From Eutreptiella sp. 'Long Island Sound 2002' (taxonomy: Eukaryota; Protista; Euglenida), in the NCBI GenBank assembly GCA_964036045.1, contig OZ038378.1, positions 6,076,001-6,140,000 of the forward strand: a DNA stretch of 64,000 nt, given 5' to 3'. This document shows, one piece after another, positions 1-13,110 of this stretch. How positions within the stretch are numbered: the stretch's first letter is position 1; each line of letters begins with the position of its first letter. Made by a program: the position numbers and the translations under genes. A model generated the notes under the pieces. It saw only the letters and a list, made by a program, of their open reading frames with translations. It had not been told where the DNA came from and searched no databases.

Positions 1-3000
1 GTAGGTTGGGTTCCAAGTCAAGTGCCTACATCACCCCTTGCTTGCAAGCGTGAGACCCCCGCCTTTGTAGTGGGCCCCAATTGGAGAGGAATCAAACTTA
101 CTACAAAACCATTGCCTCTTGGGAGGACTAAAAATGGGGTAGGTTGAAATTCGTTTATCACTCCCATGATATGCATCGACGTCACAGTGTTGCTTGTAGG
201 CGGTTGTCAACGCGTACGTGGATGCAGCCGAAATTGCTGCTTTGGATCTTATGCGAACATAGGTATATTGTTGCTCTTGCACGATTCAACTCCTCATCGC
301 ACGCAAAAAGATAGACATTGCTTTGCAAGTTGAGTAATGCGTTCTTGATGATGAATTTACAATTTTCCTTCATTGTGAACTGAGATGCGTGCGGCAAGGT
401 GGAGGGCAAAAGACCAAGAGAGGAGACACAAAAGAATGAGACATATGGAGTTGGGAGGGAAAAGAAATGGTGTGCCGTATTGCAAGCACAGGGAGCAACC
501 AAGAGCGATATAGCCACTTTGATTTCTCTACATTTTGGAGACCCACGTTTATTCCTCTTCACCTTTTCTCAGTTGTAGTTGTCCCGGAAAAGTGGAATTG
601 GGTTGGGATAGGACGTGCAACAAAGGATAGACGAGCATGCACTAGTGTACACATAAATAGACACTTTTACCCAATTTGTCTTCTCTATTGCATTGTTCAA
701 CAACCCCGATGTAGTCAGTCGGCAACATCCTAACTATTTCATAGCGGAGTTCTAGTTTGGCGAAGCCTTGGCGCATTGCATTGTTGTGTTTTGTTCGTAG
801 CGTCACCTCACTATTGTATCTTTGAACACCGGCGATTAAGGCGCTTTGTTGTTCCTAAGGGTGACCCCCTTGCTTTGCAAACCAAGATAAGGCACGGGTG
901 ATGTCGCCACGTTCATTCCTCACCACTTTGTGGACGTCCAGAAGGCACCAGTGATGTGATTCGTCCTCATTTGGGGGACCTAGAGAATTATGTAGCCATA
1001 CTTATTCTTCCCCACCGTGCTTACCTTGGGAGGACAAGGGTTGTTCCACCACTTCCCTTCGTCTCAATGAAGGTCGCCCCCATATTTTGATCGGGGTCCC
1101 TAAATGGGGTGATCCATACATATCCCCATGGCTTGATCCGGGTTTTCGGAGGTATTTCTCTGTATTTGAATCTTCATTTATGTCCCTGACACAAAATCTG
1201 ATTGGTTGGGATTGTTTTGTGTCGGTTTCGCCTCATGGGTACCCTTAGGTGTGCCTTTCTCTCTACTTTGGCGACTCCGAGAAGGCAGGGTTCATGTAGC
1301 CACAGTGGTTCCTCCCCACTTTCGGTCCCATCTGAAGCCAATGGATTGTTGCACTTCTCCCCACTTTCAAGACCCTAGGAACACAGGGTGCATGTAGCCG
1401 CTTCCATTCCTTCCTACCTCCGGGACCTCAAGGAGGCGGCACTGATGTACACACTTTGAGTCGTGCCCAGATGTGGTAACCTCACAAGGCAACGGTGATG
1501 CACTAACTTTCTTGCCTACTTGCTTTCGGGAAGGCACTGAGGTAGGTATACCCTTGTGTTGTATTCTTCGTCTCCCGCCCTATTGGTGGAATAGTGCGTA
1601 TTGATGGTATTGTATAGCTCTACTTTCCTTGTCATGGTGATGGCTCTCACATCGAAAGCCTACCAGATGGAGAGGCCTCTAAATTGGTTGATGTTGAAGA
1701 AGATTGTGATGATGATATATATGCTCAAGATGTTGTATTGCGTTCAGCACTTAGGGCTTGATGCCGTTATTAGTACATCAACGCGTTGGAAGCATGGCAG
1801 TAGGCTAATCCATATGCTTAGATGTACGTGTTAGGCTAACATTCCTAATGCATGATGTTGAAGTGGCCCATGATGATGCTAAGGTTGTGCATGCACATAA
1901 AATTGCTGTATGGGTTGGTGAGGCATTGGATGCCGCTTAAGATGATCGGATGAAGCAAGAATTCCTTCCAAAACCAAAGGCAGTCTCTTTTAAAACCTCA
2001 AAATGTACACCAAGCCTACGAGAAAAACCCCCACCTTTTTTCCCCATGTGGTAGTCAGTCTTAGAGACCAATTCCTTGGCACCGCAAGCCCCGAAAGTTA
2101 ATGTTGCACACGAAATTGGTGCCAATCAACATAACTACAACCACAGGGCATCAAAGAATGCGATGAAGCAACATGTTCAAATTGCACCCTAGTAGTTGAA
2201 GGCCTAAATAGCAAAAGGAGGAGAAATCTGTGGACCCGGCAATGAAGACCAATGCCCAAACCATACATTTCGGATTTGCCATTACCTATCGCTTGCCAGA
2301 TATTGAAGGTAAAACAAAGTATCTTTGGCTGAAAAAGCATCTGAATGAATGTTGGAAGCTCGAAAAGGTTGAAAAAAGAAAGAAACACCACATTGGACTT
2401 CAAAGGCTTTTGCCAAAAAAACAATTCCGCAATGATGTTTCAACGTCAGTGAATAGATCCTGTGCACAAAAAAAATGGGAAGGAAGGTGCAATCCGATAA
2501 GAAACAACCATCAATGAGACATGTGTTACAGATCGAGCAGGAGGCACAATTCTTTCACCACTTCATGCACACTGTGCATATATCAGCCTGTTGTAAACAA
2601 AGACAACCGAGCTGTGTATTCCACACATGAAATGCCCTGTAGTCTACAGAGTCACGTGAAACATGAAATGAAGGGTTGGCAAATCAGTGGACAACACCTG
2701 ATGTGACATTTTCCGAGTTCGTAGCAAAACACTTCAAACATAGCCTGACTGTGTTGTGGACCACACAAAGCTACCTGCAACGTCGTGTTGCTTTTGGGCC
2801 TTTTGGCCACAAAAATGTGTGCCGTGCAATTGGCAAAGGACGCACAAGCTGCGGATGAGAAAAAAAATTTCGTACATTGGGCTACCTACGGCCTCATCAT
2901 GGCGGTCCCCACATTCTCTCGGGAGGGAGGGGTTGATGCCATGTGGGATCTTTTTCCGGGGGACCACCTCGAGGGGGGGGGGGGGTAGGAAAAAAGTGGG

Positions 3001-3310
3001 TCCTACAAAAAAAGGCTTTTTCTTCCCTTGTCGCACGTACCACACAACATCATGGTGTTCCCACCGCAAAACATGCTTTGGGCACCCGTTGGCGTCGTTG
3101 TTGCTTCAAGGTCCCCCGGCCTGGAAAGAACCAAAGTGGCTACGTCACCGCGTTCCTTTGGGTTTGCGCAAGGGAAGGACGGGAAGGAGAGTGCTGTACC
3201 CTAGAAGATGAGACCAAGTTGACCTGTGCAAATCAAAATCTAAACTACGTCACCAGTCACCTCAGGCAGCCATGCCACATTTGTACGAATCCCTCAACCC
3301 TTAAAAGGCT

Positions 3311-4900
3311 ATGCAAGGCATCATAAACGGACACAAGCACAGGAAAATGGATGTGGTAGAAAATGTGCTTGAATTCGCTGCTGGTGACGACGACCAAAGT
3401 ACCACCCACGTACGTAGTACGGTATTTGACGGATGGAATCCTCCTAGCACGTGTATTCTTCTCATCCCCAAAGATGGCACTTCAGGGTTGCTGTGTCAGT
3501 TGGGACTAACTGGTAATCAACTACACTTGATGAGAGGGAAATTCCACAAATGGGGTATGAAGTATGTGCTGCAAAAGGCCGGCGAACTTTTCAAAAACAG
3601 GAGAAAAAACAAGCTACCCGTCCAAGACAGGCTTTATGGAGCTGAAGGTGAGTGGGAAAAACTTGCGAGAGTATCTGTGTACGGTGTGCGGGTGAAGGAA
3701 TGGCGAGAGAGCAAGCTTACCTACCTTCAAACTGAGTATGCACCAGTGTGGCATCCATGGATACCTCCTCATCCCATCCTTGTCGCTGTGCATTTAGAGT
3801 ACGGTGGAGGTTTCACAAAAGTAAGTCACAGAGTGCTTAATGTTTATAGTCCCAAGTCCAGGTCGCACTGTAACCCAGTGGTCATGTTTGTAGGTGTCGA
3901 ATCATATGCCAACTTGAAGAAAACATGTGCTAGACACAAGCACAGCTAGAAGAAATAAATGCACTCCACGAGAACTGTTTCACCCTTGTAACAGCTTGAT
4001 GTCACATACTTCTGTGTGTTGTTTTGTGCCATTGATTTTAAGATATACAGCACTTTATACGGTGACGGTGAAAACAGCTATAAATACTTTAGTGCTCTAT
4101 GCTTGGCCACTTACGAACACTTGAGACCGCATGTCAACCTTTGTGGCCCTTTGTTCCACAAATATAGGCAACTTGCCCCTCATGGCAGAGTGCCGACATC
4201 ATCCCTCCTTTATGTGGTTGTAATAGGGTCTCATGATATCCCTTTTCGCACGGTGTCACAGCTTGAAAGCGACTTTGCCACCTTCCGGGCTTTGATTCAG
4301 AATTATGTTGACAAAACACGGGGAGGCCAACAGGCACACAATGTGAACAAAGGCCAACCCCTCCTACGCCTGCGCCCCAGTTTTTGTATCCCTGCTCCAC
4401 TTCATTGCACCCTAGGTGTGGTGGGAGACACAATGGCTGATATGATGCTAAAAAGGTCGTACCATTGTTTTTGGACCACTGTATGAACGATGCGAGACCG
4501 TACGCTTCTGAGGTATGGTCATGTAGTGTTGCTGCCCCGTGGGCCTTGCTTGGTGTGTTTTTCCACCCCTACAGTTGAACAACGAAGACAAATAGAACCA
4601 TTTTTGGTCATGTTTGGAGTGGAAAAACCGAGGTGTGGCAAATGTAGCTCCCCTCATCCACAGCCCAATCGTTCCAGAAGGTGTCCGTTGGTGACTATGT
4701 AGACGGCCAGCGTGAATGGCGAAGCTGCCAACAGGGCTTGGTTGCCTTGGTTCCACCAGAAGTCGCTTATGCTTCTGACAAGAGCGAAATTGTTGTGCCA
4801 CATGGTGCAACTCCATTCCAAGTGCCACTAACAACAGCCTCTCAAGAGATGTCACGTGTAACTTATGTTGTTTGAGCCCACAGAGTTGGTCCTTAACCCC
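3311..4900 (+). pseudogene. Decayed RAG1/Transib-fold DDE transposase
   Basis: HLEYGGGFTK..VLNV.SPKS..CNPVVMFVGVESYANLK (3791 onward), FCAIDFKIYSTLYG (about 4020), PAPLHCTLG (about 4400); broken by frameshifts. Confidence 0.55.
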
Positions 4901-6124
4901 ACAATAAGGATTCTTAGCCAGGACTCTCAGTTTGTTTGGAGCCGTGCCATGACCCTCTCAGAAAAGCAGACATTTCAGTTGCAAGGTCAGTTCACCACCA
5001 ACAAAAGAAGGGGACGGGTTCCAACTTGTGGTGACTTACAAACCATCACTCGAACAAAGTGAGGTGTATTTCAATGGAACAAAGGGTGTTTGTGTGTGTC
5101 GAGGACATCAACTCAAAAAATGGGAAAAGGGGAGGGGGCTCTTGGGGACCCCCTTTTTTGGGGGGGCCAAACACATTCTTTTTTGTGGGGGGGGGACATG
5201 GGTTCCCACACACTTGAATCTGTGGACATCGGCACTAAAGAGGAGCAAATGGAAGATGAGAAGGTGGGTTCTCTCACACAAGGTCTACCGGTGCGCAAGT
5301 GACTTTCCGAAAAGTGCAAGGTGTCTTATGCAATGAAGCAGCGTGAAGGGATTTAGAAACCGGAATGGGGTTGGGGTGCCAAGGTTGGACATAAATGCCA
5401 AATCGACGACAACCATGGACATGCACACCTGGAGTCACTGCTAGCCAATCCCGGAAAGTAGCCACTGGAGCCACTGTATGGACGAGTGAAGGTGTACCGT
5501 GTGGAGCCAAGGGCCCTGTACAGCAACGCGGCGCTGCCCCCCCATGGCCGAACCCAACCAAAGACAACGTGCCCTGGCTAGACCCCCCCAATGTTGCCGC
5601 GGAGCTGCCATGGGTATGGGCTTTGGACACCGGCAGTGTCTATGCTTCTGCGTCTAGCCCATCGGCCGGCGATGCACCCCCCCACGCTGCCTTGGCGTGC
5701 ACTATTTCTTCTCGCCCAGTTGTACCATCCACATGTGCGACCAGAGGGGGATCTCATCCCGATTCTGTCTGAACAACAATCCATGGCCAATTTTTTTTCC
5801 AAAGGTTTGTTTTCATGCTATACCCGGGACAGGCCTTGCGTCATTGCAAAGCAGCATGTGACTCGGGCATTGCGGGTGTGGGCATCGGGACAATTGAAGA
5901 AGAACGAGTCACCACGCTCGTGGATGGCGAGGGTGACTTGCGAAGTGGTGAAAAGAGACCGTCCGTTGGATATCCGGGAGATCATAGCAGGGGAGGACAA
6001 TGCCATCTAGCACAGCATCACCACATTGCGCTTGTACCAAGAGGCTGGCGGGTCTGTTAACAGGCGGTTTGGGTCCGCCATGTCAGTTCTCTATCTTAAT
6101 GTTCTTTAAGTTCCTCCTTGTTTA

Positions 6125-6935
6125 GTGTGCAAAATGACACGATACCTCGAGGACAATACTCTAGTTTCGGACAAGGTGGTTTACATGGCAGTGCGGAAGG
6201 TGGGCCTCATCAAGGCGAAAGTCACCATGGTGTGTATCCCCCCCTCCTCTCCCCGGCAATGCCTATTCGTTACTGTTGAGTTTTTGGCCCATTTGCGCAA
6301 TAGGAGAGTGCGTGGAGGACGTGGAAACCACATGGACAATCAAACACATGGACGATCTGGTGCGCGGCACAGACCATCAAATATCCTCGGCATTCAAGCC
6401 GTATAGCGGGAAAGGCAAAGAAGGCATTGAAGCGTGCCCGCAACAAACGTTTCGGAATTCAAGCCATGCCTCATTCCTTCTACCAACCTCTTTCGTAGAC
6501 CTCGCAATTACGGGTGTAAAGTGCCCTTTTGGGTCCAGACCGCAATTCTAGCAAGGAGATTCGCATCTATCCAGGATGACACAGTGCACCTGAGGCAGGC
6601 TTGGCATCCTTGGTGAGGTCCATGAAGCGCGACAGCCAGTGGAAGATTGTATTCCTCCATCCAAAAAACCCGGTGCTGCACCACGTAAGAAGTATGTCCC
6701 CATGTCCACTGACAGCCTCTCAACCCCTTTGTGCCCCACCTTATGCTACCAGGAACACCTTAGAAATGGTGAACGTGCGACGCCTTGTTGGGACAAGCAG
6801 CCGTGAAATGCCACTTGGCAAGATGGGCTGCACCGCATGAGAAACTTTTTGCCCCTTGGGAATTGATCAAAAAGACCCCCTTTTGGGAATCACAAGATTG
6901 CAGCAGCTTCCAGAGTGTTCCGGCAAGACCAGGGG
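6125..6935 (+). pseudogene. Decayed Ulp1/SENP-like (C48) protease domain
   Basis: Order of motifs: LVSDKVVYM (cf. LNDEVINF), SQWKIVFLHPKNPVLHHVRSM (cf. HWSLAVID..IYYDSL), TPFWESQDCSSF (cf. PQQ.NG.DCG.F); spread over several frames. Confidence 0.45.
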
Positions 6936-8875
6936 TGCTGCTTGAGCTCGAGACTATTGACAAGGCAGCGCACACAATGCATGTTGAGAAACGAATTTCT
7001 CGTGATGGAGAACCGACCGAGGGACCACAAGTGATGTTCTTACCGATGGTGAAGAGGGCATTGCCGGGGTTAACTTGCAATTTATTAGGACAAACAACAA
7101 TAGTTTGCACCTCCTTCCACATACAGTATGCATGGGTGTTGCATGTGTCATGGACGCTGACAGTCAACCACTTCCACCCGTCACAGGTCTCAGAACCACT
7201 GAGCTCCGTTTGAGCCACCTTGAATGCCACCGTAGGACCCACCATACAAATGGCATAGCCGGCCCCAAGTCTTCGGTGAAGCAATGCACGGAAATAGAGG
7301 TCATCAACCTCGTGTATTCCAATGAAGATCTACAACACCAAAACGGGCCATTTTTTGCACCCACCAAGCACAATCGGCTGAAAGAATGAGTCACGGCCCA
7401 TTGATTGCTCAAAAGATGGAAGAAGGCACCAGAGGTATCTTATTCTAACCAGGCACAAAGCACACCATTTGAAATCTACCATTCGTGAACACAAGATTCC
7501 CAATTATTTGAATGTGGATCGGGGGCATGTGAAATTGCGAACCACAGTTGTCTGGCCTGGTTTGTTGTTGAAGGCTTTTGGCCTCTGCCCTAAGCAACCT
7601 GACAGAGAGAACTTTGAGTTGGTTCGAGGTCGCATTGGTGGCATGTACAATAGACTTAGCTTGAGCGTCAAAGCAACAACTTGCTTCCATTGTCAAAGTG
7701 GCAACTTGAGGAGCTAGAGGTCAACCTGGAGCCAACTAGACTATTGATTGAGCTGTTGTTTGGGTGAGTCGAGGTTGAGTGACAAGTTCTACTTGCAATT
7801 TGCATTGCATCCCAATGATAGATGTTCTCTACATGGTACAAAGAATATAAATCTCAGCCAATCTATATGCAAGTTGGGATCTACTAAGATCGTTAGATCG
7901 TCAGTAATCTGCAGCATACTCTGATAATAGTGGCTGGAATTGGATGACCTAAGCTAGCATCTAATGAATTTGGGCATCATAACCTGCTCAATGTGCCGTG
8001 AATCTGCGTTGAAAGCAGACTTCACTCCAATAGCAATCATCCAAGCCCAGTACCATGGCCTCTCACCACCCAACTAGCCGCGCTACAGACGGCACACGAC
8101 TGTGCCAAGGAGAGCCTAGACTCTTTGCAAGGTATCATAGATGCACAAACATAGTTTTCGGGCTTCAACTTGACATACACCTCCTCCAAACTTCCCATTT
8201 CAGAACCCGGCTAGTGGACTTCACCACACGCCTTGTGGGCAACACGGTGCAGCTCAGGCACACCCCGGACGGTGATGGGAGACCCAATGAATTGAGTGCC
8301 CTCGGTCTGAAGCGGGGTATGTGTGTGTGCATAACACCACCGGGCTAATGTGGCATGTTTGCGATTGAGCTGCAGAGGGTTGTTTACCCCCTTGTAGTAC
8401 CCCAACAAGAACGTATTTACGATGGTCCTCAATAACACGGGCATGCAATTGAGCCCAATCGGGGGAGTATTTGAAAAAATGAGTGTGCAAGTAAGTCGGG
8501 CATTTGGTGAAACCTAGTATGCAAAACCTAGTAAAATGTAGCAAAACCTAGTAAAATGTAGTAGAACCGGGTAAAAAAAATTTTAAAAACTTATTTGAAA
8601 ATTTTTTTCTTTACTAGATAACAAAAAGCAAATTTTTTAAAAAATTTTCCTTACTAGGTTACTAGGCAGTGACAAATTTAAACTTGAATTTGAACAAAAA
8701 AGAACAAAGGTTATGGGGGGGGGGGATCAACGGTAGGTGGTATTTGTGTTTAAGGGCATGGTGCCCCCTGGTCTATTCCAGGCCAATTGTATAAGTGGCG
8801 CCCCACCCGGGCCAAACCGTGTTTTGCTAGGTCAGTAGAAACCAAATGAGGCTCAAGAAAAGAAGGAGCTTTTAT

Positions 8876-8910
8876 ATCATATATATATATATATATATAC
8901 ATACATATAT
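8876..8910. repeat. (AT)n microsatellite
   Basis: ATATATAT...ACATACATATAT run. Confidence 0.85.
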
Positions 8911-8930
8911 GAGGTGCACACACGTGTGCT

Positions 8931-9656
8931 TTATATGAAGTCGGAAAACACGCGCTTGTAGATGAGGTCCGCCTTCTTATCTTTGTATGTGGGTTGCGCA
9001 GAGGGAGGGTTGTACTTGCACATGTTGCGAAGCACGCCCGTGGTCTTTGTATCCAACTCTTTGATTAGATTTTTGTCACACTCCAATTTCCCACAGGCAT
9101 CTTTGGGGTAATGCTCTGGAACAAAAAATTCCTTCCCACGGATCACCACCTTTGGACGGACCTCATCTACAGAAGGCGGCTTGTCAACCACAAGCCGGTC
9201 ACCCAAGGCGAATGCCAACACAATGCATGCCAGTGTGGCAGTAAATTGTACTCACCAATTGCGCAATGCCACGCATATCTCCGAGGGACACAAACCGGAA
9301 GCACGCACCGCACACTGATAAACTCCACATTCAGGGCAGGTGATGTGGGCTGTGTCGTCGCAAAAAGTCCGCTTTACAAGGGGGTGGGGCATCGCGTCTC
9401 CACACTGATGAGGAGCCCTAGGCGTCCCTAGTTATGAGTGTTTTCCTTTCCCTTCTCCGGCTGGAATATTGAAGTTGCACACAACTGCCACTTGGGGATA
9501 GAGGCAAGTGCGTAGGTATGGCCATAGGCACTTGAGGTGGTGGCCTTGGACCACACAGCGCCACGCTACAAGCATCTCTCCCCGCTTACACCACACATTC
9601 AACGCAGAAGCCTCCGAAGTGGCATTGTTGCTTTGCAATGGAGACGGATTAGCCAC
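8931..9656 (-). pseudogene. Decayed reading frame of unknown function inside the Mutator-like element
   Basis: ORFs 9432-9656 and 8931-9221 share one frame, broken only by TAA (9432) and TGA (9252); composition is protein-like. Confidence 0.45.
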
Positions 9657-10610
9657 AGCTCGGCCAAAGAAAATTATTGTGTTGTGTTACCGGGTGGTGG
9701 GCGGTGCGGCCTCATACTCGGATCCAAAATTTGTCTCGCGGAAAACCTTGCCACCCATACCCCACACCACGGGGTATGTTACGGGGCGTGGCCAAAACAA
9801 GGTTGGGGCCACCCCCCACTAGCATTCGAGCACACGGGGATGCTCAACTGTGCTTCTAAATGTAAATACATACAACACTTACATGCCCAGAACCAAAATA
9901 GCGGTCTTGGGCGAAATCTCAACCCACAATATGTGCACCAAAACTGCATGTAGTGCCCCCTTCAATTTCCTTATCTGGATCCCCTCCATATACGTTGCTG
10001 TCCGTGGGCGCGCTTGGGGGGGAGGGGGATCTTGGGGGCAAACACGGTCGAAAAAAATAGAAATGAATCGAAAGGTGCAAATACCTGGGAGGAGTCATGA
10101 CAGAAACACAGCTGTGCACCCCATGTGCATAAGCAAAACGTAACATACAACATACAATGAAGGGAAGAGAGCCGAGCCGGAGGCGTGAAATAACCCTCAG
10201 AAAGTCGAATGAGTGTAGCAGCCCATAATAGGGGGGCATACATTATGATTGTCGGTCCCCCGCATGCATTGCACCTTAGCCTGTGTTTGTGACTCTTTAC
10301 CCATGAATGATGAGTAAGCTCCTTCATCAAATCAAGGGTAGAGTGTCACAAACAAACAAGAAATAAAAATACACTGCATGCGTATTCTAAAAGTGTCATC
10401 CGTGCCCATGGGACTCATTGTCGCCGATTTCTTCGTGCCTGCCTCAGTGCCTTCCACAGAGCATTGCTTGGAGCAGTTATTCCAACACGAAGGGCAAAAA
10501 GAAAAATGGGGGCCCAAAAGAGGGCAGAATTGCTATGTCACGCCTGCATTATCGGGGCTCCCCAACGCCTAGCGCGAAGAGCAAAATCAAAAAAGGATTG
10601 TGAGTCCCCC

Positions 10611-12936
10611 TGGAGCGGGGGGTAGGATCAGAGGTGGCCCACAAGTGGGCAAGGTGGCTACATAACCCCTGCCGCCTAGGGCATCCCCACCACTTCAGAG
10701 CGGGGGACAGAATCAGAAGTGGCCCACAAGTGGGCAACGTGGCTACATAACCCCTGCCACCTGGGGGGTCCCCACTGCTTCAAAGTGGGGGGCAGAATCA
10801 GAGGTGGCCCGCAAGTGGGCAAGGTGGCTACATAGCCCCTGCCGCCTAGGGGTTCCCCTACGTTTGAGAGCGGGGGGCAGAATAAGAACTGGCCCACAAG
10901 TGGGCAAGGTGGCTACATAACCCCTGCCGCCTGGGGGGTCCCCACCGCTTCAGAGCGGGGCAACAGAATCACAAGTGGCCCACAAGTTGGCAAGGTGGCT
11001 ACATAACCGCTACCGCCTGGGGGGTCCCCACCGCTTCAGAGCGGGGGGCACAATCAGAAGTGGCTAACAAGTGGGCAAGGTGGCTACATAACCCCTGCCG
11101 TCTGGGGGGTCCCCACTGCGTCAGATCGCGGAGTAGAACCAAAGGTGGACCACAAGTGGGCAAGGTGGCTAAATAACCCCTGCCGCCTAGCGGGTCCTCA
11201 GAGCGGGGGGCACAATCAGAGGTGGCCTGGAAGTGGGCAAGGTGGCTACAAAACCCCTGCTGCATGGGGTCCCCACCGCTTCACAGCGGGGCGCGAAATC
11301 AGAGTTGGCCCACAAGTGGGCAAGGTGGCTACATAACCCCTGCCGCCTGGGGCGTCCCCACCGCTTCAAAGCGGGGGGCAGAATGAGAGGTGGCCCACAA
11401 GTGGGCAAGGTGGTTACATAACGCCTGCCTATTGGGGGGTCCCCACCGCTTCAGAGCAAGCGGCAGAATCAGAATTGGCCCGCAAGTGGGCGAAGTGGCT
11501 ACATAACCCCTGCCGTCTAGGGGGTCCCCAGCGCTTGAGAGCGGGGGGCAGAATAAGAACTGGCCCACAAGTGGGCAAGGTGGCTACATAACCCCTGCCG
11601 CCTAGGGGTTCCCCACCGTTTGAGAGCGGGGGGCAGAATCATAGGTGGCGCACAAGTGGACAAGGTGGCTACATAACCCCTGCCGCCTAGGGGGTCCCCA
11701 CCGCTTCAGAACGGGGGGCAGAATCAAAAGTGGCCCACAAGTGGGCAAGGTGGCTACATAACCCGTGCATCTTGGGGGTCCCCACCGCTTCACAGCAGGG
11801 GGCAGAATTAGAGGTGGCCCACGTGTGGGCAAGGTGGCTACATAACCCCTGCCGCCTCGGGGGTCCCGACAGCTACAGAGCGAGGGGCAGAATCAAAAGT
11901 GGCCCACAAGTGGGCAAGGTGGCTACATAACCCCCACTGCCGGGGGGATGCCCACCGTTTGAGAGCAGGGCGCAGAATCCGAAGTGCCCCACAAGTGGGC
12001 AAAGTGGCTACATAACCCCTGCCGCCTGGGGGGTCCCGACCGCTTCAGAGCGGGGGGCAGAATAAGAGGTGGCCCACTTGTGGGCAAGGTGGCTACATAA
12101 CCCCTGCCGCCTCGGGGGTCCCGACAGCTTCAGAGCGGGGGGTAGAATTAGAAGTGGCCCACAAGTGGGCAAGGTGGCTACATAACCCCTGACGCCTGGG
12201 GGATGCCCAATACTCCAGAGCAGTGGGCAGAATCAGAAGTGGCCCACAAGTGGGCAAGGTGGCTACATAACCCTTGCCGCCTGGTGGATGCCGACTGCTC
12301 CAGAGCAAGGGGCAGAATCAAAGGTGGCCCACAAGTGGGCAAGGTGGCTACATAACCCCTGCGGCCTAGGGGTCCCCACCGTTTCAGAGCGGGGGGCAGA
12401 ATCAGAAGAGGCCCACAAGTGGGCAAGGTGGCTACATAACCCCTGCCGCCCGGGGGGTCCCCACTGCTTCAGAGCGGGGGGGCAGAATAAGAACTGGCCC
12501 ACAAGTGGGCAAGGTGGCTACATAATCCCTGCCGCCTAGGGGTTCCCCACCGTTTGAGAGCGGGGGGCAGAATAAGAACTGGCCCACAAGTGGGCAAGGT
12601 GGCTACATAACCCCTGCCGCCTAGGGGGTCCCCACCGCTTGAGAGCGGGGGGCAGAATAAGAACTGGCCCACAAGTGGGCAAGGTGGCTACATAATCCCT
12701 GCCGCCTAGGAGGTCCCCACCGCTTCAGAGCGGGGGGCAGAATCAGAGGTGGCCCACAAGGGGGCAAGGTGGCTACATAACCCCTGCCGCCTAGGGGGTC
12801 CCGACAGCTTCAGAGCGGGGGGCAGAACCAGAAGTGGCCCACAAGTGGGCAAGGTGGCTACATGACCCCTGCCGCCTGGGGGGTCCCCACCGCTTCAGAG
12901 CGGGGGGGGCAAAATCAGACCCACAAATAGGCAAGG
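10611..12936. repeat. 85-bp tandem satellite, ~27 copies
   Basis: Unit GTGGCCCACAAGTGGGCAAGGTGGCTACATAACCCCTGCCGCC...; motif starts at 10634, 10719, 10804, 10889. Confidence 0.95.
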
Positions 12937-13110
12937 CTACCTAGTAACCTAGTAAAAAAAAACTTTTTTTTCACTAGGTTCTGAAAAACTTTTTTTTTAC
13001 TAGGTTCCCAATACCTAGTAAAAACTAGTGAACCTAGTAAACTGTTACCTAGTAAAAAAAAGTTTTAAGAAAAAATTTTTACTAGGTTTCACTATAGACC
13101 CAAGTAAGTC

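Larger units (their letters stand above)
8498..13101. mobile_element. Non-autonomous TIR DNA transposon, Mutator-like
   Basis: 9-bp TSD AAGTAAGTC at 8489-8497 and 13102-13110; termini GGGCATTTGGTGAAACCTAGTA and (rc) GGGTCTATAGTGAAACCTAGTA; ~165-bp imperfect TIRs with repeated ACCTAGTAA. Confidence 0.8.

Noticed and set aside
10611-12936. ORFs within the 85-bp array; CRISPR
   Set aside because: The unit length is not a multiple of three, stops recur, and there are no unique spacers.
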